DNA of 63,963 nucleotides, the filler included. It is 7 parts of 7 records of this genome, joined end to end, with 100 filler letters (N's around TTAATTAATTAA, not from the genome) between each part and the next. Parts side by side here need not be neighbours in the genome. Positions count along the whole stretch, not along the records: positions 50,665 to 60,609 come from SRR20825010_1952; 6 more parts are not named here. One strand, written 5' to 3'. A model generated the notes under the pieces. That model was not told where the DNA came from. It ran no database searches and saw only the letters and a list, made by a program, of their open reading frames with translations. The position numbers were made by a program, and so were the translations under genes. Position 1 is the first letter of the stretch; each line of letters starts with the position of its first letter. Of the stretch, positions 50,665 to 59,918 are shown piece by piece.

Positions 50665-53355
50665 AACAATGGGTGCATCATTTACCGCTTGTATGTTGAT
50701 CGCAAATTGGCGATTTACGGTGGCAGACCCATCACTCACCGACACGGAAATTGTGGCTTCTCCAAACTGATCCGTCTCAGGGTTCACGCTCATGAAAAAC
50801 CCGCCTTCCCTAGGCGAAAATGTCACACCTTCATTTTTGATCAAGCTCTGCATGTTAGTAGTTGCGGAAATCTGAAGCGAAGAAAAATCCGTATCAACAT
50901 CCGAAACTTCGATGAATACATCGCTCAGGGGAATATCCTCCTGCATCACCTGCGCGCCAATAGCCTTAACCACCGGTGGATCATTGACCGGATTGATTTG
51001 CAAAATCAACTCCATAAATTTGGATTGATCATTGGTCGTACCCACGAGGAAAAGCTTTTCAGACCCAGAATAATCCTGCAGCGATGTAAGGCTAATCAGA
51101 CCTGTATTTTCATCGATTGAAGAACCGATAAAACCACCACCAAGCAGGCTGTAAGTAAATACGGCTCCTGCATTATTCTGATCCACAAAAACCGAAGATG
51201 CGTCGATGGTGCTCGTTCCAAAATCTTCGTCCAATTGCACCGTTCCAAGCGGATTGGCAACAACTATATTGCTACTCTCCTGAACACGAACGAAGGTAAT
51301 CACCTGAGCAACAGACAGCTCGCCATCGGTTGCGGTTATAGTTACCTCTTCAACCCCGGTAAAGGATGTATTGCCCTCCACAGTCATATTTGCACCATCA
51401 AAGGCCAGGTTCACGTTGGTGTTTCCTGTTGCCGAATATTGCAAAGACGAAGCACTTTCAACATCGGTAAAATAGGCTTTCAGATCAATAACATACGCCG
51501 GAAAACCAGTGATCAACTGTTGGGTCTTGAACGACTTCACGATGGATGGCGCATCATTCACCGGATTCACAGTCAAGGTGAACTTTTGAGCTGCCGACTT
51601 GGAAGTAGCTGTTCCAAGCCGATCATCGGCAAACAGGCTTAGCTCGAAGCTGCCAAACACGTTGGGTTTAGGCGTGATGGTCACATTATTCCCATTGAAG
51701 GAAATATCCACTTTGGATGGCTGATCCGCGAAAGCTGAAAAATCAAAAACAGGAAGCTTTGCATCTGCATCAGTTGCCGATAAAACCAGGGTCAAGGACT
51801 GATCCTCGTTGATGGTCTGGTTCGCTACCAATGCAACGACCGGAGCATCATTGACAGCTTTGACTGTTACATTAAATCGGTCAAATGCCACGAATTGATC
51901 CTCTGTGTCAATTTCCGTGAGTACCACATTTACTGAAACGGTACCATTGTAATCCAATCCCGGAGAAACAGTAATTAGTCCATCCGCATAGGTTACAGGA
52001 ACCCTCGTTACTTCGTTGGATTCAACAAACACGTCGATGGCATTGTCTGGATCCAAATAGTTCAAATTAATAGTGAATGGTACTTCCTCGTCTGTCTGAA
52101 AATCCGGTATTCTCGTGATTTTCGGAGGGTCGTTTACATCCTTTATCTGAATCCGTGCCCATGCCGTATCGTATACCAATCTTCCCGGATTGAAAACCCT
52201 GAACTGGACAGAGTCCTTTCCACCAACCTCTCTGGTTCCGGTATAGGTCAACTCCCATGATTTGGTATTGGTCTTAGTGGACTTAACCTTCGGGGTTCCG
52301 ATCGTTCCGTTCAAACTGCTCTTCAAGATTTCAATTGTGGCGTTTGCCAATGCAAACTCACCCAACTCCACAGCTATCAGTTCCAGGTTTACCGTGCCGT
52401 TTTCCCTCACAGTCATGTTGCTTCCAAAAGCAAAGAACAAACCGTCATCGGAGGCTGCCACTCTGCCTCCGGCAGAATTGTCGATCACAAATGTGAAAAA
52501 ATCGGAATGGCCATTTGCTGTAGTAACCAGTGCAGTAGCGAAAACCTTGCTTCCGTTGAAGATATATGGGTGCGCGGAAGCCGACACGCCCAAATCAAAA
52601 GAAACGCTATTCGCATCCACAGCCAAGGCCGATGTTAGCATGTTGTCGTTAAACAAGTTCTTAAACGTTGGATTGGATAGGTCCGACAAATCATAATAGC
52701 TCACGGCAATGCCATAGGCATCATTGACTACCGGATCGTTCCACTTCACAGTCAAAGCACCATTGTCCCCATTTTGCTTGCTGAAATATGCACTATCAAT
52801 GCTATGTCCAGAATCCTCCACTCTGAATTTGAATTTGAATTTAGCCGTAGTAGAAACCAGATTTCCCTGCACTTCTTTTACACGAAAGACAAGACTGTCT
52901 TTGTACAACACATCTGGCTTCAGGTCGGCATTTGGGACAAATCCTAACTCACTCAAAGTCCCCAGAATAGGATCAACTGTGCCATTGGACGGCTGTGTTA
53001 GTATTTCGAAACTTATAGAATCCCCATCCGGGTCAAAGCCTTCCAGCACAATGTGCGAATCCAAATCCAACAACACGGATAAGGATGCAGCAACCGCGAC
53101 TGGTGGGTTGTTCCTGCTTGTCTGTTGGGATTGGGTTAAAAACCCTACTGTACCCGTCCAGCCGTCGGACTCACCAACCAGGTTGGTGACGGCACTCATT
53201 TGCCCTGCTGTGGTAAAAGAGGTGAGATTCCCTGAAGAAGTCCACCTTCCACCAACAGGCGCTACGCTACGCGAAAGAGTATCCTGAGCCATGACTGAGA
53301 TGGTCATCAGGATGATCAGCGCACCTACACTAAATATCTTTTTTAGGATATCCAT
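50665..53355 (-). CDS. Large secreted protein with tandem cadherin/Ig-like (tandem-95-like) repeats, 3' truncated
   Basis: Signal peptide; five VND(A/P)P linkers about 100 aa apart (one double interval) with ED and DxD motifs; DPDGD motif. Confidence 0.85.
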
Positions 53356-53363
53356 GTTGTTGC

Positions 53364-56300
53364 TTATTTGTTTGCAGCATTAGATGTATCGCCCGGTTTC
53401 ACGCCGAGGAGTTTTTCTATTTGTGCCAATCTGACTTCCAATTCCTCGGATTTACCAACCTCCGCCCTGAGGCCTTCATTGTCAGCTTTGAGCGTTTCAA
53501 TCTCGGCATTGAGTTCTTTCACCGCTTCGATAAGAACTGCTGTCATCTGGGCATAGTTGACTGACTTGATCCCGTTCTCGTCGGTATGAACAAATTCCGG
53601 ATAAATAGCTTCAACTTCCTGAGCGATTACTCCTATTTGGACCTTTTGGCTTCTTGACTTATCCTTCCAAGTGTAGGATACCCCTCTCATTTGAAGCGTC
53701 TTATCCAGTGCCCCATTTAATGTACCGATATTAGTTTTAAGCCTTTCGTCCGAATTTTGAGCCAGTGTTCCTGCGATGTTGATATTCCCAGTGTTACCAT
53801 CCATGGTTATGGTGGATTCAGAAGTCTCAAGAGCCTTATCTGTCTTATTCAAGGTAAGTGATCCCCATTCATGCGTGGCATCATCGCTCACTTCGACAAT
53901 GGCATTGGCGTGGTACCAACCATTTCCGTTGGTTGTAGACCCGAACAGTTGCATTATCGGTAACTGGGCATTTTCCCACCGCTTACCTGTTATTTCGACA
54001 TTAGGCACATCACTGGTTCCCCAAAGCATCATTAAGCCGGATTTTCCAGTTGGATCGTTCCCATTTTCATCCCGGGCTGAACCGAGAGCCGCTAATCTTG
54101 TCCCTTCATTGTCATAGAAATCTACTCCAGACCTTTTATAGTTATTGGCATATGCAGTTCCATCAACATGGTTACCAGTGGTGTAAAGGTCTGTCATCGA
54201 GGTATTGGCAATCGTACCGTCAGCCGATGGTGCAGACATATACATATACGGCCCAGTTAGATTAGTGCCTAAATATGTTGTCCCGGTAGCTGTTCCTGCG
54301 TCGTGACCAACCAACTGCAATCTGGCCGAGCCATCATTTGCCCGATTAAGAAACACACCGGAAAAAGGATCTGCATCATTCTTTATTCTAAAGGCAGCAC
54401 TTTGCTGCTGGGTGTAGGTACCTGACTCATTTTGGCCTACTTGTGTCGTATTTGATAGTGGTGCAAGGAAACCGTAAGCACTGATTCCGAACTCTGAACC
54501 ATCCTGGCTTCTCAATTTGAGGGTTCCTACTTCTGTGTCGGGTTCACCATTGTCATCCATGTCCCAACCCTCGATTTCAAGATTTACCAGATTGTTTTCT
54601 TCTGTTCCTGACAGCCTCAACATACCTAAGTCTCTATTGGCATCCGAGCCCCCCATCTGGATGTTCTTAACTCCGCTCGGGCCGCTTAAGATTGAGTAAC
54701 CTGAGTTGTCACCAAACGTTCCAATTTCAGCCAATCTGGTAGAACCATCGTTGAAAAAATAAAGACGATTTGGATCTGCTTTGAATTCGATTCTTTTAAT
54801 TCTTTCACCACTTTCGTTTACGGTAAATAGATCCATTCTTCCATATTCATTCCCGTTACCGCTCGACATATAACTGCCCATTGTAAGCACAGAGGCTGGT
54901 GTGTCGTCAGCGTTCGTTCGGGCTCCATACATGGAAAGAAAACCTAAATCTGCGTTTTCCCAGGATCTTGAGGCAAGTTCAATATTCAGTGAGTTTGGCC
55001 CATGAAGCTTCAAGTTTTCCATGTTTCCAAGACCGTGTGAGTTAATGCTAAATTCACTTCCATCAGACCCTCGAAGATTGAGAACGCCGTATTGATTTCC
55101 ATCCTCCCATTGTTGTGTTTCAAATGAAATCAGATTGGGAAGGTAACTTCCCGAGGTGTCGTCGGACGTATCTTCAGGCGTGCCTTTATCGTCTACCCAA
55201 TCTATTGGTTCACTCCCTCTCAAATACATGTAAGGTAGTTTCGGGTCGCTTTGAGAAAGGCCCAATTCCACGTTGGTATAAAACTGCTCGTTTGCCCATG
55301 AGTCGATGTAGAAAAACCCTCCAGACATTCCTGTACCTGTAACATAGCTGCCATCACTTGCGAGATTCGCAACCTGGGCCGATCCTGTCGCACTACCATC
55401 TTCATTGACCCTATTTTGGATCCAGTTATATGTTGCACCATTCTTGCCAGGGAAATACAACAGGCCTCCTCCAGCTGCTCTTCGGCTCAGGATTAAACTC
55501 GTGCTATCGTTCGCATCGTTCATTTCGATCCTATTGGCCTTTAGGTTTTCAATCATACCGAGACCATGCGAGTTGATTCCAAACTCACTCCCGTCAGACC
55601 CTCTTAGCATTAAATTGCCATATTGTTCCCCGTCTTCCCAAACCCGGGTTTCAAGTGAAATGAGATTTGGCAGATAACTACCGAATGTATCGTCACTGGT
55701 GTCGTCCGGAGTGTTGTTGTCGTCGGTCCAGTCTATAGGATCGCTCCCTCTCAAATGCATGTACGGGAGTTTAGGGTCATTCGCGGATAAACCCAATTCC
55801 ACATTGGTATAAAACCGCTCGTTGGCCCAGGAATCAATGTAGAAGAAACCGCCAGACATTCCTGTACCAGTCACATAGGATCCATCACTGGCAATATTTG
55901 CCACCTGAGCAGACCCTGCCGCACTGCCATCTGCCGATACCCTGTTTTGAATCCAGTTGTAGGTGTATTGATTGGATGTCGATGGAAAGTATAAAAGCCC
56001 TCCTCCTTCAGCCCTACGGGCCAGGGTAACACCGGTTCGGTCGAGTGTGTCTTTTAGATCAAGTCTGGATATATCCAACTTGGATTGAAAAGGGGCATAT
56101 AACTTAACATTTCCGAGAACAGCATCATTTACCTGAACGGTAATAGTGCGCTCGTCGGCATCATAAAATAGCTCTTTGGGCAATGGTGAAAACTGCCCTA
56201 GAACCACTGAATACAGCCCATTGACAATGGATACATCGGGTTGTGTTTCAGACCAGGTTGACGTATCAATCTGGATGGAAAACTTCAGCGTGGCTGTGCC

Positions 56301-56444
56301 ACTAAAAGGTTCACCGTTTTGGTACAAAGAGCCCTGAAAGGTCATTTTTTTACCAGTAGCGGGCTCACTTGCGTTTTGTCCAATGGATTGGAAACCAAAG
56401 GCTAGCGAAACTAAAATGAGTAGAATTGCGTGTTTCATGGTCAT
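53364..56444 (-). CDS. Signal-peptide fibre protein with C-terminal peptidase S74 intramolecular chaperone
   Basis: Sec signal; C-terminal SDERLKTNI...GVSYTWK...IGVIAQEVE..YPE.V...SVNY......LIEAVKEL plus coiled coil; internal duplication. Confidence 0.88.
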   Translation of the reverse strand: MTMKHAILLILVSLAFGFQSIGQNASEPATGKKMTFQGSLYQNGEPFSGTATLKFSIQIDTSTWSETQPDVSIVNGLYSVVLGQFSPLPKELFYDADERTITVQVNDAVLGNVKLYAPFQSKLDISRLDLKDTLDRTGVTLARRAEGGGLLYFPSTSNQYTYNWIQNRVSADGSAAGSAQVANIASDGSYVTGTGMSGGFFYIDSWANERFYTNVELGLSANDPKLPYMHLRGSDPIDWTDDNNTPDDTSDDTFGSYLPNLISLETRVWEDGEQYGNLMLRGSDGSEFGINSHGLGMIENLKANRIEMNDANDSTSLILSRRAAGGGLLYFPGKNGATYNWIQNRVNEDGSATGSAQVANLASDGSYVTGTGMSGGFFYIDSWANEQFYTNVELGLSQSDPKLPYMYLRGSEPIDWVDDKGTPEDTSDDTSGSYLPNLISFETQQWEDGNQYGVLNLRGSDGSEFSINSHGLGNMENLKLHGPNSLNIELASRSWENADLGFLSMYGARTNADDTPASVLTMGSYMSSGNGNEYGRMDLFTVNESGERIKRIEFKADPNRLYFFNDGSTRLAEIGTFGDNSGYSILSGPSGVKNIQMGGSDANRDLGMLRLSGTEENNLVNLEIEGWDMDDNGEPDTEVGTLKLRSQDGSEFGISAYGFLAPLSNTTQVGQNESGTYTQQQSAAFRIKNDADPFSGVFLNRANDGSARLQLVGHDAGTATGTTYLGTNLTGPYMYMSAPSADGTIANTSMTDLYTTGNHVDGTAYANNYKRSGVDFYDNEGTRLAALGSARDENGNDPTGKSGLMMLWGTSDVPNVEITGKRWENAQLPIMQLFGSTTNGNGWYHANAIVEVSDDATHEWGSLTLNKTDKALETSESTITMDGNTGNINIAGTLAQNSDERLKTNIGTLNGALDKTLQMRGVSYTWKDKSRSQKVQIGVIAQEVEAIYPEFVHTDENGIKSVNYAQMTAVLIEAVKELNAEIETLKADNEGLRAEVGKSEELEVRLAQIEKLLGVKPGDTSNAANK
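55008..56024 (-). repeat. Intragenic tandem duplication (about 160 aa, two copies)
   Basis: aa 141-302 and 319-479 share RRA.GGGLLYFP, YNWIQNRV, SDGSYVTGTGMSGGFFYIDSWANE, GSYLPNLIS and RGSDGSEF.INSHGLG. Confidence 0.93.
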
Positions 56445-56472
56445 GTGTTTGTAGTAGTATTGAACAATTATT

Positions 56473-56679
56473 TTATTTAATTATGCCGGATCGAATGGTC
56501 ATACTAACCAGTTGTTTAGTCGTTTTGGCATTCGTTTTCTTCATTGCATTCTTTCTATGTGTTTCCGCCGTATGACGGCTGATATTTAGCATTTCGGAGA
56601 TTTCTCTTTCAATCAACCCATCAGACAAATCCTTTATAATCTCCTGCTCTCTTTTGCTAATCCTATTAATCAAATTCAA
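56473..56679 (-). CDS. Stand-alone LuxR/GerE-type HTH protein
   Basis: ISKREQEII..LSDG...REISEMLNISRHTAETHRKN...K; TTG start directly after an in-frame stop. Confidence 0.8.
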   Translation of the reverse strand: MNLINRISKREQEIIKDLSDGLIEREISEMLNISRHTAETHRKNAMKKTNAKTTKQLVSMTIRSGIIK

Positions 56680-56837
56680 TTACCTGATTTTGGCTAACCT
56701 AACAGAGGGGGTTGGCCTACCGGCAGATAATAATCGCTGTGAGTCACTCAAACACTGTGGTGATTAATAAATGCTTCTACAAATTAGAAGAGATCATTTG
56801 GAGATGTCAATACCCCTTTTGGTGTAGTTTGCCCCTC

Positions 56838-56975
56838 TCAGATCAATTTGAAGCGCTGAATTACCTGATCGTGGAATGTTAGGCTGACCGGAACCTGCTT
56901 GTCGCCAAGGAAAAGTGTGTTGCCCTCGAATGCATCGACGTGTTCAAGGGTTACCATAAACGACCTGTGGGTTGG
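56838..56975 (-). pseudogene. C-terminal remnant of a LytTR response regulator
   Basis: THRSFMV.LEHVDAFEGN.L.LG...VPVS matches the end of LytTR; upstream in-frame sequence is unrelated and AT-rich. Confidence 0.65.
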
Positions 56976-57133
56976 ATAATTAAAAGATGAACAAATACTA
57001 TTTGTCCATCTCATACTAATGCTTTCAGAATCTTCAAGTAGAAGGTAGATTAGATTGATTAAGGTGCTGGATACTATTTTAGTCATTCACAACTAAATCG
57101 GTTTGTTTGGGGTCAATAAACAAACTAAGTCCT

Positions 57134-57358
57134 ATGAAAACGCTCTTCTCAGTTGTCGCTATCTCAATGATGTTATTCTTTTCCTGCAATGAAGATTCAG
57201 AAAAGGGATGCAGTGAATACCAGGAACCATTTATTCAATGCGCCTGCACGAAGGAATACAATCCCGTATGTGGCTGCAATGGAAAAACCTATGGGAATCC
57301 GTGCTCAGCAGAATGTCTACAGGTTCCTTCTTATGAAATGGGGGCTTGCGAGGAATAA
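57134..57358 (+). CDS. Kazal-type protease-inhibitor lipoprotein, copy 1
   Basis: Lipobox [30 protein letters not shown]...GAC. Confidence 0.88.
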   Translation: MKTLFSVVAISMMLFFSCNEDSEKGCSEYQEPFIQCACTKEYNPVCGCNGKTYGNPCSAECLQVPSYEMGACEE

Positions 57359-57487
57359 GGGACGGAATGCCTGACAAAATCTTTAATGATTGGATCCCTG
57401 CCTATTTAAGAATGTTGTAATGAAAAATTTACCCGAAATAACCAAAATCTAAAAACTCGGGTCACGAACAAAACAAAATACCCCTAT

Positions 57488-57700
57488 ATGAAATGGATTG
57501 TGGTAGTCTCTCTTCTTTTGTTTTTTGCTTGTGATGACGAATCGAAATCGGATTGTACCGTCTATGAGGAGCCCATCATACAATGCGTCTGCACCTATGA
57601 GTATAATCCGGTATGCGGTTGCAATGGAAAAACCTACGGGAATCCATGCCAGGCCGAATGCTTGTTGGTACCTTCTTATGAAATGGGGGAATGTAAATAG
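57488..57700 (+). CDS. Kazal-type protease-inhibitor lipoprotein, copy 2
   Basis: Lipobox [30 protein letters not shown]...GEC. Confidence 0.88.
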   Translation: MKWIVVVSLLLFFACDDESKSDCTVYEEPIIQCVCTYEYNPVCGCNGKTYGNPCQAECLLVPSYEMGECK

Positions 57701-57704
57701 GACA

Positions 57705-57739
57705 CGTCATACCTGCGCAGGCAGGTATCACATCAGAAG
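57705..57739 (+). repeat. REP-like palindrome, copy A
   Basis: CGTC-ATACCTGC-GCAG-GCAGGTAT-CACATCAGAAG (8-bp stem, 4-nt loop). Confidence 0.8.
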
Positions 57740-57924
57740 AAGACGGTTAAGTTGAATAAAGATAAAATCTTGGGTTAAAACATTCACTATTATCATAATG
57801 CTCGTGCTTTTTATTAACGAGAACCGATTAGCTCTTCATCATGCGATCCTCTAACCTGACTTGGGTCTCCCATAAATCACGACAATTAAAAACTACATGA
57901 TGGGACTTGATACAGCCTAAAGAA

Positions 57925-58227
57925 CTAAACCATATCCTCAACCTCCCCATAAAGATCCCTCCAAGTCGGATTGAACTCTTTAATTATACGGTCCTTCCAT
58001 GCCCGCTTCCATTTCTTAAGTTGTTTTTCTCGCTCAATGGCACTTTCAATTCCATCATGAAATTCCCAATAAATCAAATCAGTGCATCGGTACTTCTTTG
58101 TGAATACGGAACCCTCACCCGATTTATGTTCAGTGATTCGGGCATATAGATTGGACGTGACTACTATGTATAAAGTCGTGCGGTATTTATTGGTAACGAT
58201 ATAGACATAACCACCTTTTGCAATCAT
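57925..58227 (-). CDS. Small stand-alone GIY-YIG nuclease-family protein (about 100 aa)
   Basis: GYVYIVTN....LYIVVTSNL..RI.EH....GS.FTKKY....L...E......AI.REKQLKKW.R.WK...I...NP.W.DL; YIG reads YIV. Confidence 0.88.
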   Translation of the reverse strand: MIAKGGYVYIVTNKYRTTLYIVVTSNLYARITEHKSGEGSVFTKKYRCTDLIYWEFHDGIESAIEREKQLKKWKRAWKDRIIKEFNPTWRDLYGEVEDMV

Positions 58228-58283
58228 TAGATAAAAATAATGAAAATCGGTATCATTTGGCCCTTGCGTAGGCATGGAACGGG

Positions 58284-58332
58284 CGTCATTCCTGCGGAGG
58301 CAGGGCGCCCGGCTAGGGAATCCCATCAGAAG
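58284..58332 (+). repeat. REP-like palindrome, copy B (with short insertion)
   Basis: CGTCATTCCTGC-GGAG-GCAGG[GCGCCCGGCTAGG]GAATCCCATCAGAAG. Confidence 0.75.
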
Positions 58333-58457
58333 GCACTTGTTGCTGCATGAACCATATCTTCAACCTCAGCATAAACCCACTACATCCGTGAAAAATCCTC
58401 ACAATGTGACCTCTTAGCCTGACTAGATAACTCCATAAAGCACAACAACCAAAACTA

Positions 58458-58490
58458 TATGATGCGACCCCTGCCTACGCAGGGGTGACG
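58458..58490 (-). repeat. REP-like palindrome, copy C (inverted)
   Basis: Minus strand CGTC-ACCCCTGC-GTAG-GCAGGGGT-CGCATCATA. Confidence 0.8.
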
Positions 58491-58493
58491 ATT

Positions 58494-59918
58494 CTACCTC
58501 AAATAACTATCGACTGCAGTGTTCCTGCTCTGCACGTGTGTATTGAGCGTACTGATGGCTCCTGAGAAATTTCCTCCCTCTTGTGCGGCATAGGTGTTCA
58601 AAAGTGATTCATAGGTGGAAAACAGACTACTCATTTGAGCAGGTGTAAACTGCTCCTCGGCGAACTGCCTTACATAGGTTTTATATTGTGTTTCGTAGGC
58701 ATCCACATCCATCACATAGCGAATGAGTGGCCAATTATTGTTCACCTCTGCCATGGATAAGCTAACGGCCATTCTTCCATCCTGCAAGGACTCGTTGTTG
58801 TCCCATGGAATCCAAACGAGTTTGCCAAGATCATTGTAGAGAAAGTAATTGTGCGTCATCACGCCGTAGGTATCCCAGTTTTGGATCACGGTGTTTACAG
58901 CCAGGTATTTCAGGTACTGATCTACATTGAAAATAGATTCAAGGTTTGATTTCCAATCTGCTGCGTTGGTGGTTCTGGTCGCACTGTTCATAAGGTCATA
59001 CAAAGCTTTCACATCCGAATAGTCCCCTACATCTTCGTTGCTTTTTAAGTCCATTTCAGCCTCATCGTAGGTGCCAGATGCGAAGGTAGCAGCGTCACCA
59101 TCCGGTTTGTATAGATTTCCATCCTTGTCAGGAAATTGCGATTCAGGCACAGAATCGTCTACCTCCTCTACCAAACTATATAAACCAATGAATTTGGAAC
59201 CATTGCCTCGATCAAGATAGACCGCACAAAAAGATGCGCGAGGTGCTGCTACTCCAAAGGATCGAAAGAGGTCTCCGGCTACTTTCTCCCGCATGTAAGA
59301 TGCATCATTGTAGTTGTTGCTGAGGTTGAGCTGTTTGAACCCATAGAAGCGCTGGTTCTTAATGGCCGGATAGCTGTCTTCGAACTCATCAAAATCCAGC
59401 TTAAAGGGATATTTGTCCGAGTTGCCTTGATAGGCATTTCTTAGGGTAGAGTTGCCTTTATAGCGAATACCAACCTGATACCAATCCAGTCCGTCAAAAG
59501 TAAAGGTGCACGGCACCCAAACAGGTGTAAAATCAACATCCGCTGCTCCGGCACCACCAGCTCCTCCTCCCCCGGGTCCTCCGCCTTGTCCTCCGCCAGA
59601 CGAACCCAGGTTGGTGTCCAAATCTTTTTGCATGGCAGTCCAATTGGCCGCTGTGATGGTAATATCCAGCCGCAGCACGGCATCATCGGGAAATACGACA
59701 GCATAATTCGGATCTACATCGTTGCTGTGCGTTGCTTCTGACCAGTCGGGTGTATCCAGGTTTTTGGTCTCCTCTTCAACCATCTCCTCCTCAATTTCTT
59801 CTTCAATCTCGGTAGTTGGATTCACCGTAGGATCGTTGCTTTTGTCGCAACTATTCAGGGTAAAGAAAAGAATGACGATCACGCCAAGCTTGTATCTATC
59901 CATTTGCATCGTCTTCAT
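58494..59918 (-). CDS. CotH-kinase-family lipoprotein
   Basis: Lipobox LNSC; VGIRYKGNST, FKLDFD, LNLSN...D.SYMRE, GLY.LVEE.D, LYK, NWD.Y....HNYFLY, IPWDNN. Confidence 0.9.
   Translation of the reverse strand: MKTMQMDRYKLGVIVILFFTLNSCDKSNDPTVNPTTEIEEEIEEEMVEEETKNLDTPDWSEATHSNDVDPNYAVVFPDDAVLRLDITITAANWTAMQKDLDTNLGSSGGGQGGGPGGGGAGGAGAADVDFTPVWVPCTFTFDGLDWYQVGIRYKGNSTLRNAYQGNSDKYPFKLDFDEFEDSYPAIKNQRFYGFKQLNLSNNYNDASYMREKVAGDLFRSFGVAAPRASFCAVYLDRGNGSKFIGLYSLVEEVDDSVPESQFPDKDGNLYKPDGDAATFASGTYDEAEMDLKSNEDVGDYSDVKALYDLMNSATRTTNAADWKSNLESIFNVDQYLKYLAVNTVIQNWDTYGVMTHNYFLYNDLGKLVWIPWDNNESLQDGRMAVSLSMAEVNNNWPLIRYVMDVDAYETQYKTYVRQFAEEQFTPAQMSSLFSTYESLLNTYAAQEGGNFSGAISTLNTHVQSRNTAVDSYLR

Noticed and set aside
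55008-56024. Diversity-generating retroelement template/variable repeat pair
   Set aside because: Both copies are in-frame within one gene, differences are not adenine-specific by eye, and no reverse transcriptase is present
53364-56444. Prophage, suggested by the tail-fibre chaperone domain
   Set aside because: The protein has a Sec signal peptide and no capsid, terminase, tail or integrase genes are on the contig
57925-58149. Plus-strand 80-aa ORF 57907-58149, and the 33-aa upstream extension of the GIY-YIG ORF to 58326
   Set aside because: The first is antisense to the nuclease; the extension merely reads through palindrome B
57386-58490. CRISPR array
   Set aside because: Repeats are few, irregularly spaced and in both orientations, with no cas genes
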